Positions 15,401-29,785 of a stretch of DNA of 64,000 bases are shown one piece after another. Under the pieces are notes generated by a model. That model saw only the letters and a list, made by a program, of their open reading frames with translations. It was not told the DNA's origin and did no database searches. The position numbers and the translations under genes were made by a program. Source of the stretch: Trichoplax sp. H2 (taxonomy: Eukaryota); assembly GCA_003344405.1 (NCBI GenBank), contig NOWV01000014.1, positions 682,001 to 746,000 of the forward strand, read 5' to 3'. Positions within the stretch are counted from its first letter, which is position 1; each line of letters starts with the position of its first letter.

Positions 15401-18400
15401 AGAACTGTGATTGATTGAAAATTGGCTAAGTCCGATTATCCGGTTTATCTTAGTCACTTTCGACTGTTCTTACGAGGAAGGAGAAGTGATTTATGACGAA
15501 TCTGCCAGAACGTGATTTGCATAGCGGTTTAATAAACCTTTTAAATTTGAATCCTATATCTGTGTCGGCTATTCTTATTGTGAGATAAGATTGTGCTTTG
15601 CTAACTCTAGCAAATTGATCAAATATAAGTGAAGTGAAGTAAGAGAGATCTTACAGTAAGCTAGAAGAAGAATTATTGCAAGCGCAGTTGCTCCTATATT
15701 ACGTATGGCAGTCTTCGGTTAAAGTCCAAAGGCTAGTCATTAAATCTTTTATAATATTTATAATTAAATCTTAGTTAGTCTAGTAATAGTCCAAAGGCTG
15801 GTCTTTAAATCTTTTATATTAGCGTAATAGATTTAAACTCGCACCGATAGCTATCCATAAGATGTAGTATGCAATAAAAACTAAAAAAATATTGACATTA
15901 CTGCTAATACTTTTTTATCTTTCTGATCCTGCCAAATAATCATGTTCAATAGCATCGCAATGCTAATCAGCTCTTCTTATTGATAGATTAGTCTAGATTG
16001 CTATTTGTTAATGATAGCCACGATTGCGATTTAAATCTAGCTGTATTCTACTACTGCATAAGGTAATGTAGACTGCGAATAAAAATTCCAAGATTAATGG
16101 AATTGCTTTAAAATCATTCTACCCTCGTAGTGAATGCAAAGCCAGAAAAATTGAATGACATTCCTCAAAATTAAATGTTTATCTGTGGACATCAATTAGA
16201 TTGATATTACCTTGCAATTATACGCCTCTAGAATGAGGAAACTGAGGGTTTACAGAAAAGGATGTCATTAATTACCGTACTGTATAATAAAAGATCTGAC
16301 CTCAAAACAGCAATATTTTATCATTATCGAAACTATCACCATTTTCAGCATTGAACTGTAGGATAGAGAGCTAGAAAATGGAGGGAAAATGATAGCTTAA
16401 GTATAAATTTTAGTTATTTTATCTCGTTTACAGCTATGAATTCATTTCTCACTTATTACTGACCATAAATTATTCAGTTATATCAATATAAAACATTTTA
16501 AACGTTGCACTAATGTTTGTGAAATTATCCTGCCAAAGGCAAAGCATTTCCACTAACAGATTTTATGACAACCATGGATATCAAAGAAAATTGCATATAT
16601 AGCATTATATTTTGTCCTAACGTTTTAACTCAATCTCAGATAAGCTCATTCTCTATCCGTTCAAAATTGTCATTTTATTATTGATACCGGCTGCAAGAAG
16701 GCATAATTCCCTTAATAATTCCAATTTCAGTCAAAGAAGTAGATTGAAGCCCAGAAATACAAGCACACCATCGGTTGTTTTAACCGTATTTTTACACCTT
16801 CATTAGGTGGAATGATTCAAGTAGGATCAAAGTGTAATGGTGCCGATTTCAATAGAATTCTTTCCTAAGTTCTTCTATTGTACTTTATATCAGTTTTATT
16901 CTGAACTGTCTTCTATTTGAGAAAAGATAAGCCATTTTGAAATGATTGAAAATCCTTGCTCTTAAAGTCTATTCATCGCCAACGAGACAGATGTTTGTTG
17001 TTTTGAAGTTGATTGAATCAATAAATGAGATATTGTCCGAGGAAAAGTATACCTTACGGATCTATTTATAGTGGTTTTCCTTTCTAATAATTGTCCTTTT
17101 AGAAGTTTTTTTTAAAATAACTGATAATATCATTTACCAAAGTATAGTATTATACGCATAATTAGTCTACATTACGTGTAAATTATAACGCTATCTATAA
17201 CACAAAGAAAAATATTGCTTATATCCCATCATAATGCTAGAAGAAGAATCAAACATTTGAGTATTCAACCAGTACGAGAACGAACTCGACAGAAATTAAA
17301 CTTTCCCTCTCCTGTAATATCTTAAATTTAAGTCAATTTAAATTGAGATTAAAAAAAGGATATTGAGCAACATAAGCGAGCTATTCTGCAATAGCTGATT
17401 CTAACGGCTTTTTGTAGTGAAGATGGGTTCTATGTTCGATAGTGGTGTATTCATTATCCACTTGATTGATAATGATTTGAAAATATTAAGAAAATCTCTA
17501 GCCCAATAGAGGTGTCTATGTTAGGAGCGGTAAATCGCACCTTCTTGAAATTGGCAAGCATAGTCTAATAAACCTTAACATAAGCTCTACTGCAACTTAC
17601 ACACAAGCATCTTTTCTCGACTTATTACCATGGTGTCAAAAATTAAATTACAAAGGACATCAATATAAGTGATAGAGTTTAAATTAAATGTGATATGGTA
17701 CACATAGGTACTTTATCTTTGTCTTGTGTTGCACTAATTACTCAGAGTTTTTCTCATATTTTAGATTAGCAAGGAAAATAAAACTGTTGAAGAGGAAAGC
17801 ATCGCTATATAAATTTCCTCTCTTATTATATTAATCAATTGAAGCCATCCGAGAAATCAATAAATAAAAAGTATAGTAGAACGATAACCATTGAATATCA
17901 AGGCAAGAAAAAACAAAAATAAAAATTATTAATGCAAGACTTACCTGTACGGGGACGAAGGATAAGATAAAGAATAAGGATACTAATCGTAGATGTTTTG
18001 CGTATTTATATTCATTATAAGATAGATTAAAATAACGTGATGCTGAACGTGTTAGACCAGTAGTTGTTGTTGCTGCAGTTAAAGTACTAACAGCAGCTGT
18101 CCTTAAACCCATTTCAATCGATGGAGAGATTTTATTATTAGACTTCTTATGAAAGTAACGCATGACAACAGTATTACTAGTGACTGTGACTGCAACGGCA
18201 AACAATGTTTCAACTAAATAAAATATTACTAAAATAGTTATAGGCCATGATGGGTTAGACCAATTAATTTGGCAGCTTGCATATTTAGGGCAGGTAATAA
18301 CCACATCGCCAGTAATTATCGGAAGAACTGCAATAGCTACACAATAAGTGGATAAAATAGCTAAACTTCGTATAATTTTACCTATAGTGAAATGATTACG

Positions 18401-18796
18401 ATAATAGACAGGAAATGCGACTGCTAAACAACGTTCTAACGCAGCCATCGTGGTGATAAACATCGACAAGCGAAAGAATAGCAATGATGTAAAGGTAACC
18501 CAGTAACAGATACCAATTCGAATCCATTCACTATGCCATAAAAAATCAAAAATGACAAAAAGAAAGACTGAAATAGGGGTTAATAAATCAGTAATAGCTA
18601 ATAATGCCAAAACGATATCGGGTGCTTTACGATTTTTCATCATAGATATTACAATTAATGTGATACAATTGGATATAATAATAAAAATAGAAACGATAGC
18701 GATAGCGATAGCTTGAGCGATAATGTACCAAGGATAATTATCGCTCCGATGATCTCCATCGGTTGATGTCGTGTTATTGCAGTTGATTAGAATCAT
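9482..18796 (-). CDS. Class A (rhodopsin-family) GPCR, prostanoid-receptor-like, about 528 aa with a long Ser/Thr-rich C-tail
   Basis: Exons 18796-17945 (TM1-TM6: LAITDLL, MAALERCLAVAFP, FFILSFVPVQ|gtaagt), 11895-11679 (TM7 NPFMYAF and helix 8), 10577-10413, 10070-9933, 9696-9482. All junctions are GT-AG and phase-compatible (0,1,1,1), giving 1587 nt including the stop. The last three exons rest on frame continuity only. Confidence 0.8.
15723..15819. repeat. Short direct duplication (about 30 bp core, about 66 bp apart) in the GPCR intron
   Basis: agtccaaaggctagtcattaaatcttttt versus agtccaaaggctggtctttaaatcttttat. Confidence 0.6.
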
Positions 18797-21700
18797 GTCC
18801 AGAAAGGAAAGGTTAACCTTGAGTTGATCAATAATAAACTGAAGGTTGAAAACAAAGTATAATACAGTCAATTGGCATGGATTAGTAGATTATTATAAGA
18901 TATTTTATTGATGATGTTATAGGCTAAGTAAGAGCTTACGTTGTTGGTTTTGATCAAAAGTGATTAATTATCGACAAGAATAATGAATGGACTTGGCAGT
19001 AAATATTCAACAACAGATAATTTTCACTACAATATATTGATATTCAACAATTTTAGTACGATTGTGATGGCCGCGATGATATAATAGAAATTCCAGAAGA
19101 GAAAAAGGTCTATACGACGTATTGGATGGATATAATTAATGCTGTTAAACTTGTCGATTTACCAGCACTACTTGTCACGGTTAGAATAGTTAGGTTGAAA
19201 AAGGTTGTTCGTAAGATGAGCGACTATCAAGCTCTTATTAGTCGACCTTTCTGCTAAAGGATCCTTATTGATGATACAACATTGTAATAGTTGCAAAGGT
19301 GGACGAATGAGTTTAATATTATTCCTGATTTTATCTATTTGATCTAAGTCTTTAATAATTGAAAAGAAAGTTCTTTAGCAAGAATAAATCGGCCACGTAA
19401 GGTATAATGAACTTTTCGATTTGTTAGGATTACTTGTAATTTTGGTACAGGCATAAGTAACGATAAAATCTATCCAGGGGTTTCCAAAACTTGTCCTTTA
19501 TCTTTCGTCAATAAGTTCTTAAGTTGGTACGTTTTACTAATACTTTACTATAAACTTTGTAACATAAAATTGTCTTTAAAATTGATTGTTGATCCCAAAG
19601 ATGAAACATTGATTAGAGATTACAATTAATTTGGAGTAGCTAATATTGTAATTCCCAGCGTTGACAAGGAATGAATCGCCAACTAATTTTTCATCATGAC
19701 TATTTTCTTGGATTAAATTTAAAGTCGAGCTAAATTCAATAATGGCAATAATGACTATCCGATATTGAAAAGCAATAAAATAACTTTGTTAATGGACTTG
19801 CTAGGAGACTTGTTTAAAGTCAAATTAATATTGTACAGTAATTAATTCTCAATGTAGTCATGGATAATAGTATAGCTGATGATAAATAAAATATGCTTGT
19901 TGATGAAATATTAAATAGATAAGTAAGGATGATTAAATCGACACAAAAGAGACAATTAGTGCTTAGACTGCCAAGAGTATAATGATGGATTTTTTTTTGA
20001 CTTGTTGGTAGAAATTAATTGGGTGAAGAGATTGATGAATTACTTTTCTTGTCTATTTTAATTGATTATTAATATTGCCGTATTGAATGTTTAATCTAAA
20101 TCCAATGTTAATCAAATCAACTGTGTGATGATTGCTTTCTTGACTACCAACACCAATAGGATAAAATATACATAGAAATCATTATAAAAATTAAAAAAAA
20201 ACAACAGTAAAGACGAACTGAATTTGGCTCTTGCCGTTTGTTTCCTTTTCGCTTTTTCTGTCAGTGATCTATATGAGGCTTGGTATTGATGTTATTTTCG
20301 TCAAAGAGATATTTACTAAAAGTAGTGAGATAGCTTCAATTCTTTTACTGTAAATCAATGCACAACTTTGTACTAAAATGCAACCGGTAATGGCTCTAGT
20401 AACTGAGCAATAAATTTCTATTATGTTGAAAATAGATCACCGTTCTCAATGAGTTGATAATTAAAATTTTGATTTTCAACAAGACTAGTATCCAAATAAT
20501 ATCTAAAACAATCCAATTCCAGTTGAGAATAACTTACATGATATTTTGGACTACTAATTAAGATTTAAAGTTGACTTGTCGATAAAATTAACGTCCAAAA
20601 ATAACTTTCTCAGGCCGTATTAATAATTCGGCCGCGAAATACAGAGATTAACCCAAATAAGATACCGGCTCTAGATCCTAATAGAAGCAATCTATCGCGT
20701 AATTGCTTCTTTCGGAGTGAAAGTATCTTTACCTAAACTAGAATAATCGTCTGCAATCGGCATTTTACTTGGATTAGTGTATGAAGATATCTATACTAAC
20801 TCTGGTATTACTTGAAAGTCAAAATGAAATGAAATCCTTTCAAGTAGAGAAGAGTAAATTCAAACTAGCTTAATATAATTGACTTCCTTCTATATGTTAC
20901 TAATCTACTCATATTATTATAGAGGACTTCGTTTGCTTTATAATTGAGTAGATATCAATTCCTGATCCGAAACCTACCGATTGGGTTTCAACCAATTTTC
21001 AACACCAAAGCTGTCCGACAATGAAGAATTGACCGGAAGTTAAAATTATCTATTCTAGTACATCAGTAAGGCAGAATTGTAGATGGTACCTAGATAAATT
21101 GTTATATCTACACACTACTGCAATTATTATCGTGATATTATATCATAAATTTCAAGTAATTAAAATGAAAAGAAAAAATATAAACATACGAGTAAGCGTA
21201 CAAATGAATTAAAACGCCTAACAGGGAGGGGGAGAAATAAGCTAACATCTACACCTTTCCATTCAATTACTGATATGAAGGGTTTAGTATCAGTTGATCG
21301 TCAAATTTGAATATTATGCTTTTCTTTTTTTATCTTTTATTGTATGATACCTATCTACACTGTATAGCATGATCGCAATGGAAACTTTTTAGACCCGGAT
21401 TTCACCTTTGATCATTGTCATTTATTCATTCTGCTCAATGTCAATAATAGACCCTGCATAGCCCATATCCTGGTTTGATTGATTCAAAATACTCCATAGC
21501 TAGACCCGATTATTTTTTCTTTCAATAATAATTACGACAATCCATAAATCAACAATTTTTGTCTGAAAGGCAGAATTGAAATGCTTTTATATCCGAGTTG
21601 GATGCTATTGGATTTAAAATTAAATAAAAGTCGGTCTGATGTTATGTCCGCTTATTGTTATTGCTGATTTTCTATGTTTAATTCCAGTTGCTAATATCAA

Positions 21701-24700
21701 TCTTTATATCTATTTATAATTTATTCTATATTTACGTTAAGAGTAGAAAATCCTTTAATCGATCCAAAACAATAAATATCTCCATTCTCATTTTGCTACT
21801 GTAATTTGGTTGAAGACAATCAATCTTGATGGAGGAAATACTCGCTTCTCTAGTATCATCTATTAGCATCAGAATGAAAGTACAGCAAGTCTATATAAAA
21901 TGATAATAACACTTTCGAGTTATTTATCAGCTAATTTTAATTCAATATTATCACTACAAATATCATAATCATCCTCCTTTTCCTCTTAAGTTGAATAGAA
22001 ATGACTAAATATTGATCAAATGTCGGTATTACCAATGATTTCTTGACCGCCGGTTGTCTAGTATTGCAATCCATTGTCGCATTTTCATCGGTAAATTGCT
22101 AACTGTTCATAATAAGTCTGATGGACTGTTATTCTAACCGATAGAATTATTGATCGGAAATGATTATCGCTAGTAAGCATCGAAAATGGCATAAAGAAAG
22201 AGTATAGCTTAGATATACAGCATCCATATACGAAATTTTATTTATCTGATTGTATCTCATTAGGTTAAATTCTAATTTATAGCTAGAATCATGACATTGG
22301 GAATACGTATATCTGAGTGAAAGAAGAAAAGTCACCTATTGACAAATAGTTTTTCGCAAATAAAATAGCATTAAAATAGTAATAACATATTGCGTAGTAT
22401 AATTCTAAATACGGTAACTTGCGGACGAAAAGGGTTTGCAGTCTAGGTATATTTGTAATTTAGATATTTCTCCAGAGTGATATACGAAATTGAAAAACAA
22501 GACGGTGGCAAGGACGAAAATTTCACCGCAATGAATCTAATATTATTTATATACTCTCATCCAAGCTCTGTAATGATCTCTAACTATCCCAAATGTAAAT
22601 ATCAATCCGAATGGATAGGTAAGCAATCGTATTCATAACTACTTCTCTCTCATTTTGTAAATCGAAGTGAAGTTTTCTCACTTAGCCGTAAGTTCTTCTA
22701 CGAAATTAAGGTGGAAATTTATGAAACTGACCTTGCATGAAAAATATTAGACAGAATCGAAATATTGGCTTGATTTTGAAGTAGAAGAGCAAGTAAATAA
22801 GTCAACAAACATTATAGACAACAATAATACAGCAACTAAAAATAGAAAAGTTTTTGAAGAAAGATAATATCATTTTAAGATTTAAGTACAGTATCGCAGA
22901 TACTATGCTACTTCTGTTAATGATAACCTAGTCTAAAAGGTCGCTCTTTACTGTTGCGTAACAAAGCAAGATCCGAAAAGAAAATACTCTATATTTAATT
23001 CCCTATTGATAAGGTAGAATTGCGTTATTATTTTATCATTTAACAGCTTTCAATGTCAAATATGAAGGAAAAAATTAGTTCAAGATAATGGAAAATTTAT
23101 GCTCAATTTGATGTAGGAAATAATATCAGGTATACTTTCATCACCTGTTTTAAATTTATCTTTTTAAATTAATTAATTATTGACATGCCGTAAGGAAAAT
23201 GTTGCAGCTGTACTCCTTCTAATCATAATAATTTGGCCCATTTGATGCAGTCAGCTGTTGGATAACAATATATCCCTTGATATGACTAGCCTATAAGGCC
23301 AATGATTAATTTGAATTAAACGGATGTTGATCACCATTAGTGTCCATATACCGATTGAAATGGATTTAAAAAGGCATAGTGAGAAATTCTAACGCATTAA
23401 TAATTATAATTAGGCCAAGTTAGATCAGAGTAAGTTTGTCGACAGTCAAGATGGTAATAAGCATATTTCAAATCACTTGGGCACTATATGACTGTATAAA
23501 ATTGATTAACTCAACAGTGATCTTGTAGGAACCGATACATAGACTTAATTACTTCGATAATTACAATAAGCATTCTATGATTGATTGATAATATGTTTCT
23601 ATGTTACGATAACGTTTTGTTATAGGAAAAAAGTTTGAATAACAGATAGAACGAGAGTAAAATTTATATTCAAAATGGAAATTCTAGGTCGAAATAGTTA
23701 CTTGAATTAAGAGTCTAATATTTAATGAGTTAGTACATTTATCAGGGAATTTTGTATCTTCATTGTAGATAGATCTAATAATTAGTTTAATTGGAGATGA
23801 AACCAAAGTCATTAATTATTTGATCGCAAGATTTTAAGCACAGTACTAATATTGTGGGTTGAAGTTTATAATTTCAAATGAGATTATGATTGTAGTAAAC
23901 TTATCCGTTAATTCTTCGATTTCAACAGAATTTTTTTAGAATTGAGCGTACAACGATAGATGAAGATGGTATATATATATACGCATATATAATCTGTATC
24001 AGAAGTTGAAATATTGACAAGCCAATCGTAAAATTTAAGCATGGCACTGTAAACTTAAGTAGAAGAATACTGATTAAAGCAGTGGTTAAAGTAAAAATTG
24101 AATGAGTAATTGATTGATTAATCGGTTGCTATGTAATATGCAAAGTTCATTAATTATGAAAGAGGGGTATTTTCTGTCTAGTACTCTTGATATAATTGTC
24201 TTATGTATGCTATTCCTGTTTCGATTGAATTAATTATTCAGAATTAGTTTAATTGAAATAGAAGATGTAAATTGGAGATAATAATATGGCTTCAGCATTG
24301 TATCAGATGTAATGAGGGCATTAATTACCGGGATATTTTAAAGATAAAAATAAAGTGTGGTTGCAGACTAATATACGAGTTACAGTATAGGAGTAGATAC
24401 TATAATTGTTTTATAATTCGATGGAGTTAACTATAAAGTTTAATAACTTTTGAAAAAAAAATGGCCTAACTCAATGCCATACTTGTATGTTATGAATGGC
24501 TAAGATTTTGATACCACTTGTGCTAATGCAAGCCAATAATCAATATACCGGATGGATAATTACTATAGTCTAAATAGAGGTTCTTATTTCAATAGGTATC
24601 GCCAACGTTTTCAGTTGAATGGAATACAAGCCATGGAATGATTTCATCCTAGTCCCCAATGAAATAAAATGATCAAATTAATATTTTAATTGATTCAATG

Positions 24701-25694
24701 GACAGCTATTGTATTTAGCTGACATTATTGGTTGTAGTGAGCAAGTAACTGATTGAATTAGTATCATACAAATCATTGTAACTTTTTATACGGATAAAAT
24801 GTGTACTAAAGCCGGTTTGTAGTGTCACTAATATAGTATCTGAGTTCTTGACAGAATTGAGTATTGTAAGTTGATATGGGAAGATCGCGATGGAATGATG
24901 ACTAATTCAAAATGAATGAACCTGTAACTATGTTTTAATACAGGAATGAACAATATTCACTTGATCGTGATTTGATATTGACCATGGCTGATGGAAATAC
25001 TGTAGCGATAGTCAATTGTTGGAATTTTGTCCAGAAGCGATCTTTTTGGTGTCGCTACAAGTTTCAATGTGTCGACATTGTAGTTGAATATTGAACTTTG
25101 TCGGCCGATCATTTTGCTGGTCATTTTAACTGGAGTATACTGCTCCAAAGTATCCTCTTAAGTAGCTATTGAGCTACCGAGTACTCTATATATTGAATAG
25201 TCCATTTATTGCGAGTTATTCACTACTGTACGTGCTATGATTGATTGCGTTATGCTATCGGAATGAATTGAAAAAGAGGCTAAAAAGTAAGCTAAAAGAG
25301 AACTGCTGCAGTGTTGGAATTGGTAGGCGTCTTGTCTGTACGTACGTAGCTTGGCCTTGGTCAATAAATTGTGTCCAATACTTGCTAATGACACTATTTT
25401 AGTTATGCAGGCAGTCGATTCTAAATTGACTGATTCTTTCTAAATGAAGTGATACTACATTGTATTCCATTGCCTGTTGCTAAGCTTTGCTTGGAAGCAG
25501 TCACTTTCGAATATCCATGTTATTCCAATGAATACGAGTGATTGAGAAAACAGATCGGAAAGATTGATGCTGAGTAAAATATTGAGCGACATTTTCAGCC
25601 TTCTCTGGTGTGGAAAGTCCGTCCATCCGAGGGAATATCCATCCTTCCTAGGTGTCCATGTTTTTGGCAAGGCTTCTCCCGTCTGTACCCTACA

Positions 25695-26260
25695 GGCTAC
25701 AGTACTGTACCAGGATAGTTTTCATCCGGGCCGAATACTGTAAGGCAAGCGGGCTGGCCTTCCCCGTGATGACGGATCGGGCCAGACTGTCCATGATCGA
25801 CACACGTGATCGAATGAATGTGATTTGAGATCAGGTCAGCACACATTAGCCAATCAAAGTGCAGTATTGACAGTTGGAACGTAATTGATTGTGCTATACT
25901 GTTACTGTCTAGGGGACACAGAGAATCTTGCGATAGTAGGGTATGCTATCAACGGTGAGTTTGAGTACGTGACGTAGTGTACACATACAGTACTGTACGT
26001 GACCGAGCCAAGGCAGCGTGAACTTGTCATACTGACGCAGACTCATACTGTACTGCAGCAGTGTCGCCTGAACTAGACCTGAGTATACTCAGTGAGTCAG
26101 TGTACAGTCGAAGTCGCCGCAGGTCGAATCAAAGGTCACGTCATACCGGCGTACAGTGATTGAGTACAATCCATTGTCGTTGTACTGTACACTGTACACT
26201 GTACAGGACAGGGTGACACTATGATGACAGTCTACGGTCTGGACCGGTACCGTCCCAACT
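25695..26260 (+). promoter_or_regulatory. MSMO1 promoter region with E-box/SRE-like sites, a CCAAT box and TA-CNG pentamer clusters
   Basis: ccccgtgat at 25762, cacacgtgatc at 25801, agccaatc at 25848, gtacgtgac at 25965 and 25995, gtcacgtcat at 26135. GC-richer than the flanks and directly upstream of the ATG at 26355. Confidence 0.55.
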
Positions 26261-26354
26261 TCAAGTTCAAATACGCATGACCCAACCCGTAGTACACCAG
26301 ACAAGAAGCTTGTGAAAGGAAGCGTCTTCAACTCGTCGCTAAGGTGGTGCCAAG

Positions 26355-28901
26355 ATGAATTTTTATTCTGCTAATGAATCCTTCCCGCTAACGGATTACT
26401 TGCCGCAAAATCCCGTCGAACCCTATTTTCGGGATTATTGGATGGCTATGACCGATCGTTATACTAAATTTCAAATTGCAACTTGGGGATCGTTGATCGT
26501 TCATGAGGTATCAGCATGATATTGGATAAGTCTCATCCATTCAGGTGTACAACACCAAGTCGGTCGGTCGGTCGGCAATGGCAGTTGTCATTTGGATAGC
26601 AAATAATCTAGCTGTTTATGCCTACATTTTCAACTGTATTACCAAGTCGAAATTGTACATTCATCAACAATCATGGCAAAGGATAACTTGTGTCATTTCA
26701 ATGTATTTTTTTAGCTGGTTTATTTTGGCGCATGTGCGCCTGGATTTATGGCTCAATTTATCCCGTTCATGCATTACTTCAAGATTCAAAAGGTAATATA
26801 AAGGATATCCGCTATATATTCAATACAGCGAGTGAATAACATTTGAAATGGTATCTTGCTACTTTCAATCAACCTACTTTTCTTCTTTGTACTGCTGTAG
26901 ACTACGGTAATGTCATCATGCTTTATAACAAATATTTCCCTCACCCACCTCATGAATGAATATCAGACAGTGTCATAAATAAGTTGACTATTGCTATACT
27001 ACAGTACACCGAACCCCAACACAGGCACACAACGGAATCCAATCCAGGAGAACCAATGGATTATGATCAACCTCTTAACGTTCTAGGTGTCCCTTTATAT
27101 ATATTAAATCATTAAGAATGGAACTACTGTATTCCTCTACCAGTTATTGCTTCACAATCATCACGTCTGCCGTTACTGTATTACGCACTCATATAACGAT
27201 TGCTTTTGAAGCCATGAAATCAGATATGCGAGTGTATCAAATCGTTGTTGAGGTGAAAACTGTGACATAAGTGAAGAATAAAATAAACAACGATACGTAG
27301 TCACAGAGTAATGGACATTTTTAGTAACAGTCATCCAAAACACGAGCTCCTAAGCATTACTTCTGGTGCTGTAGAATGTACGTATGGCATTATTGATACT
27401 GTACTGTTCATATATTTTTTGTATCATTGACGAGTATTCGTTGTTAATGTAAGAACGGTACTGTGATCACGTTTCGACGCCAGATAAAGCAAGTTGTAAA
27501 GGAATGATCTAAAATAGATCAAACTTCCTATCATAGTGAATGCTTCATCTAACTTTGACTTTATCGGATGATAAACCCGACATCCATTCATATGTGCGTA
27601 CGCTTATTACTGTACAAACGTCCCGTTCTACTTAATATAAAGGCGTATAGCATTACTCTTCCGAAATATTCGCCTAACAAACGCCATCTCTTGGATGAAT
27701 AGCTTGCAAATAGCTTGCAAATAGCTTGCTATTCTCATCTTACCATTTTGCTTTTATATTGTGCATTACCAATTTGAAAGAAATGAATAGTAAACAAGAT
27801 GTAGTATCTTCTTAAGCTAGCAGTTAATTCTATGTGTATCTGTTTAACATGAAACGAATACTTCGTTGATAGGATAAGCCTGAAACTTTCGACAAGCAAT
27901 GGAAGTGTTTCAAGCTGCTCATGTTTAATCACTTCCTTATTCAGGTAAGAAAGTTCTTTTGATGCGTCAATTTATTCGAAATTCAAGTGCACGGTTAAGT
28001 TCATACAGTGCATACTGTGCATACAAGCTAGTACGGGTTCAACCGGTTACTCTGTTGCCAGTTGCTTATAAAATGAGTAATTATTTACGTATCAATTTAG
28101 CTGCCTCTGATTTGTGGTACATATGCGTTTACTCAAATGTTTGGAATCCCATATGACTACGCATCGATGCCTGCTTGGTTAGTAATACGGAATACTAGAA
28201 GATGAGAAATATTGAAAATAAGTTTTACTACAAGCGAAAAGTATCATGAAATATGAAAATAATTGACATTGTTGTCATGGTCATTCTTACTTCAGGTACA
28301 TCATCGCGATGCAAGTACTTGGATGTGCTGTAATAGAAGATACCTGGCATTACTTTTTACATCGAATCATGCACGATAAGCGATTTTATAAGTATGTTCA
28401 TAAAGTACACCACAATTTTCAGGCACCCTTTGGTATGACAGCGGAATATGCCCACCCGGTGGAAACTGTTGTTCTTGGTATGGGTTTCTTTATTGGAATT
28501 CTTACCTTCTGTACTCATGTTGTCCTTCTCTGGGCTTGGGTTACAGTAAGGCTATTGGAGACGATCGATGTTCATAGTGGCTATAACCTACCTTACTTAA
28601 ACCCATTTCATTTGATTCCGTTTTACGCTGGTAAGCGATTGCAATATTATTTTTCGCCTATATGTGTACAACTATACTATCTTTGTCTAAGTTGATTTGT
28701 GTACGAGTATATATTTTTTAAATGTTCCAAACTTTGATTTGCAATGGTTTAGGTGCGAAATTTCATGATTTTCATCATATGAATTTCACTGGCAATTATT
28801 CATCTACCTTTTCATACTGGGATCGAATATTTGGAACAGATCAACAATATCATAAGTATGTAGGGGAAAAGCAAAAAGCAGCACTGAAAAAATCTGAATA
28901 A
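26355..28901 (+). CDS. MSMO1: Methylsterol monooxygenase 1 (sterol-C4-methyl oxidase, ERG25/SC4MOL)
   Basis: Exons 26355-26507, 26715-26792, 27873-27944, 28101-28177, 28296-28630, 28753-28901. Motifs [30 protein letters not shown], His boxes [14 protein letters not shown] and [21 protein letters not shown], and a C-terminal KKSE ER-retrieval signal. Confidence 0.96.
27699..27729. repeat. Triple 11-bp tandem repeat (ATAGCTTGCAA) in MSMO1 intron 2
   Basis: atagcttgcaa atagcttgcaa atagcttgc. Confidence 0.85.
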
Positions 28902-29785
28902 TCAAATGGACCCACCGTTCGAGGAGTTATATTCATGTTGGAATTGCATTACGAGAAAATAATCTTTGTTGCTTATAATGTGTCTAGGCTACGATCGCTA
29001 GTACAGTTAACCGCAAGTCACGTTTGTGATATCTGATACGTTCAGTGTGTTAGCATTATGTTCTAGTTGTATATTTTAATATTAATATTTACTATTAGAA
29101 AACTTTGAAAACTATAAGTTTTGCAATAGAGATGTCTGCATGATACGCAGTTAAATGCACACAATTTTGTATCGATAAGTATTTTGCAATGACTGCAAAA
29201 ATGTGCTCAAACGTTGTGCTTCAATTATATTGACTATTAGAATTTACTGTAGACTATAGTATGGAAACCTATAGTCTACTGTTATCATGGTATATTTATA
29301 AATGTTTCAAGCTAGTTACAAGGTATGTAGCTTAGTCGATTGCACAGCTAAAACCGTTTATCTTTTATCACACTTAATCTCTTAGCAACTTTTTAATCGG
29401 AGTGTTTAGATGATAAATATATTAATGACATCTTGCCATAAGACTATCCGACTTACACTTGATATGGAAACTTCATTTATGTTAGCATTGCATAAGGATA
29501 AATCTTAATAAAAGCGTCAAGTTACAATGGACTTGCTATTTGTGATTTATCAACACTATTTACGTTATAGTTGACGTAAGAGATCTTGCAATCACAAACA
29601 ATTCTATTGCAACATAGGTTATCAATTTATTAAATGTTATGAAACTGATCTTTCAACACAGTAATAGCAATACAATAAATGTGTAATAAAAGCGTTTATG
29701 TTACAATAAAAGCATTACTGTCAGATATGCATTACGGTTATATTATTACGGAATGGGGACTTTATTGAAAATATATATATGTACT

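Noticed and set aside
15221-15457. 78-aa ORF and repeated attatccg.tttatcttag in the GPCR intron
   Set aside because: Non-ATG start and no domain; at most an unclassifiable degenerate repeat.
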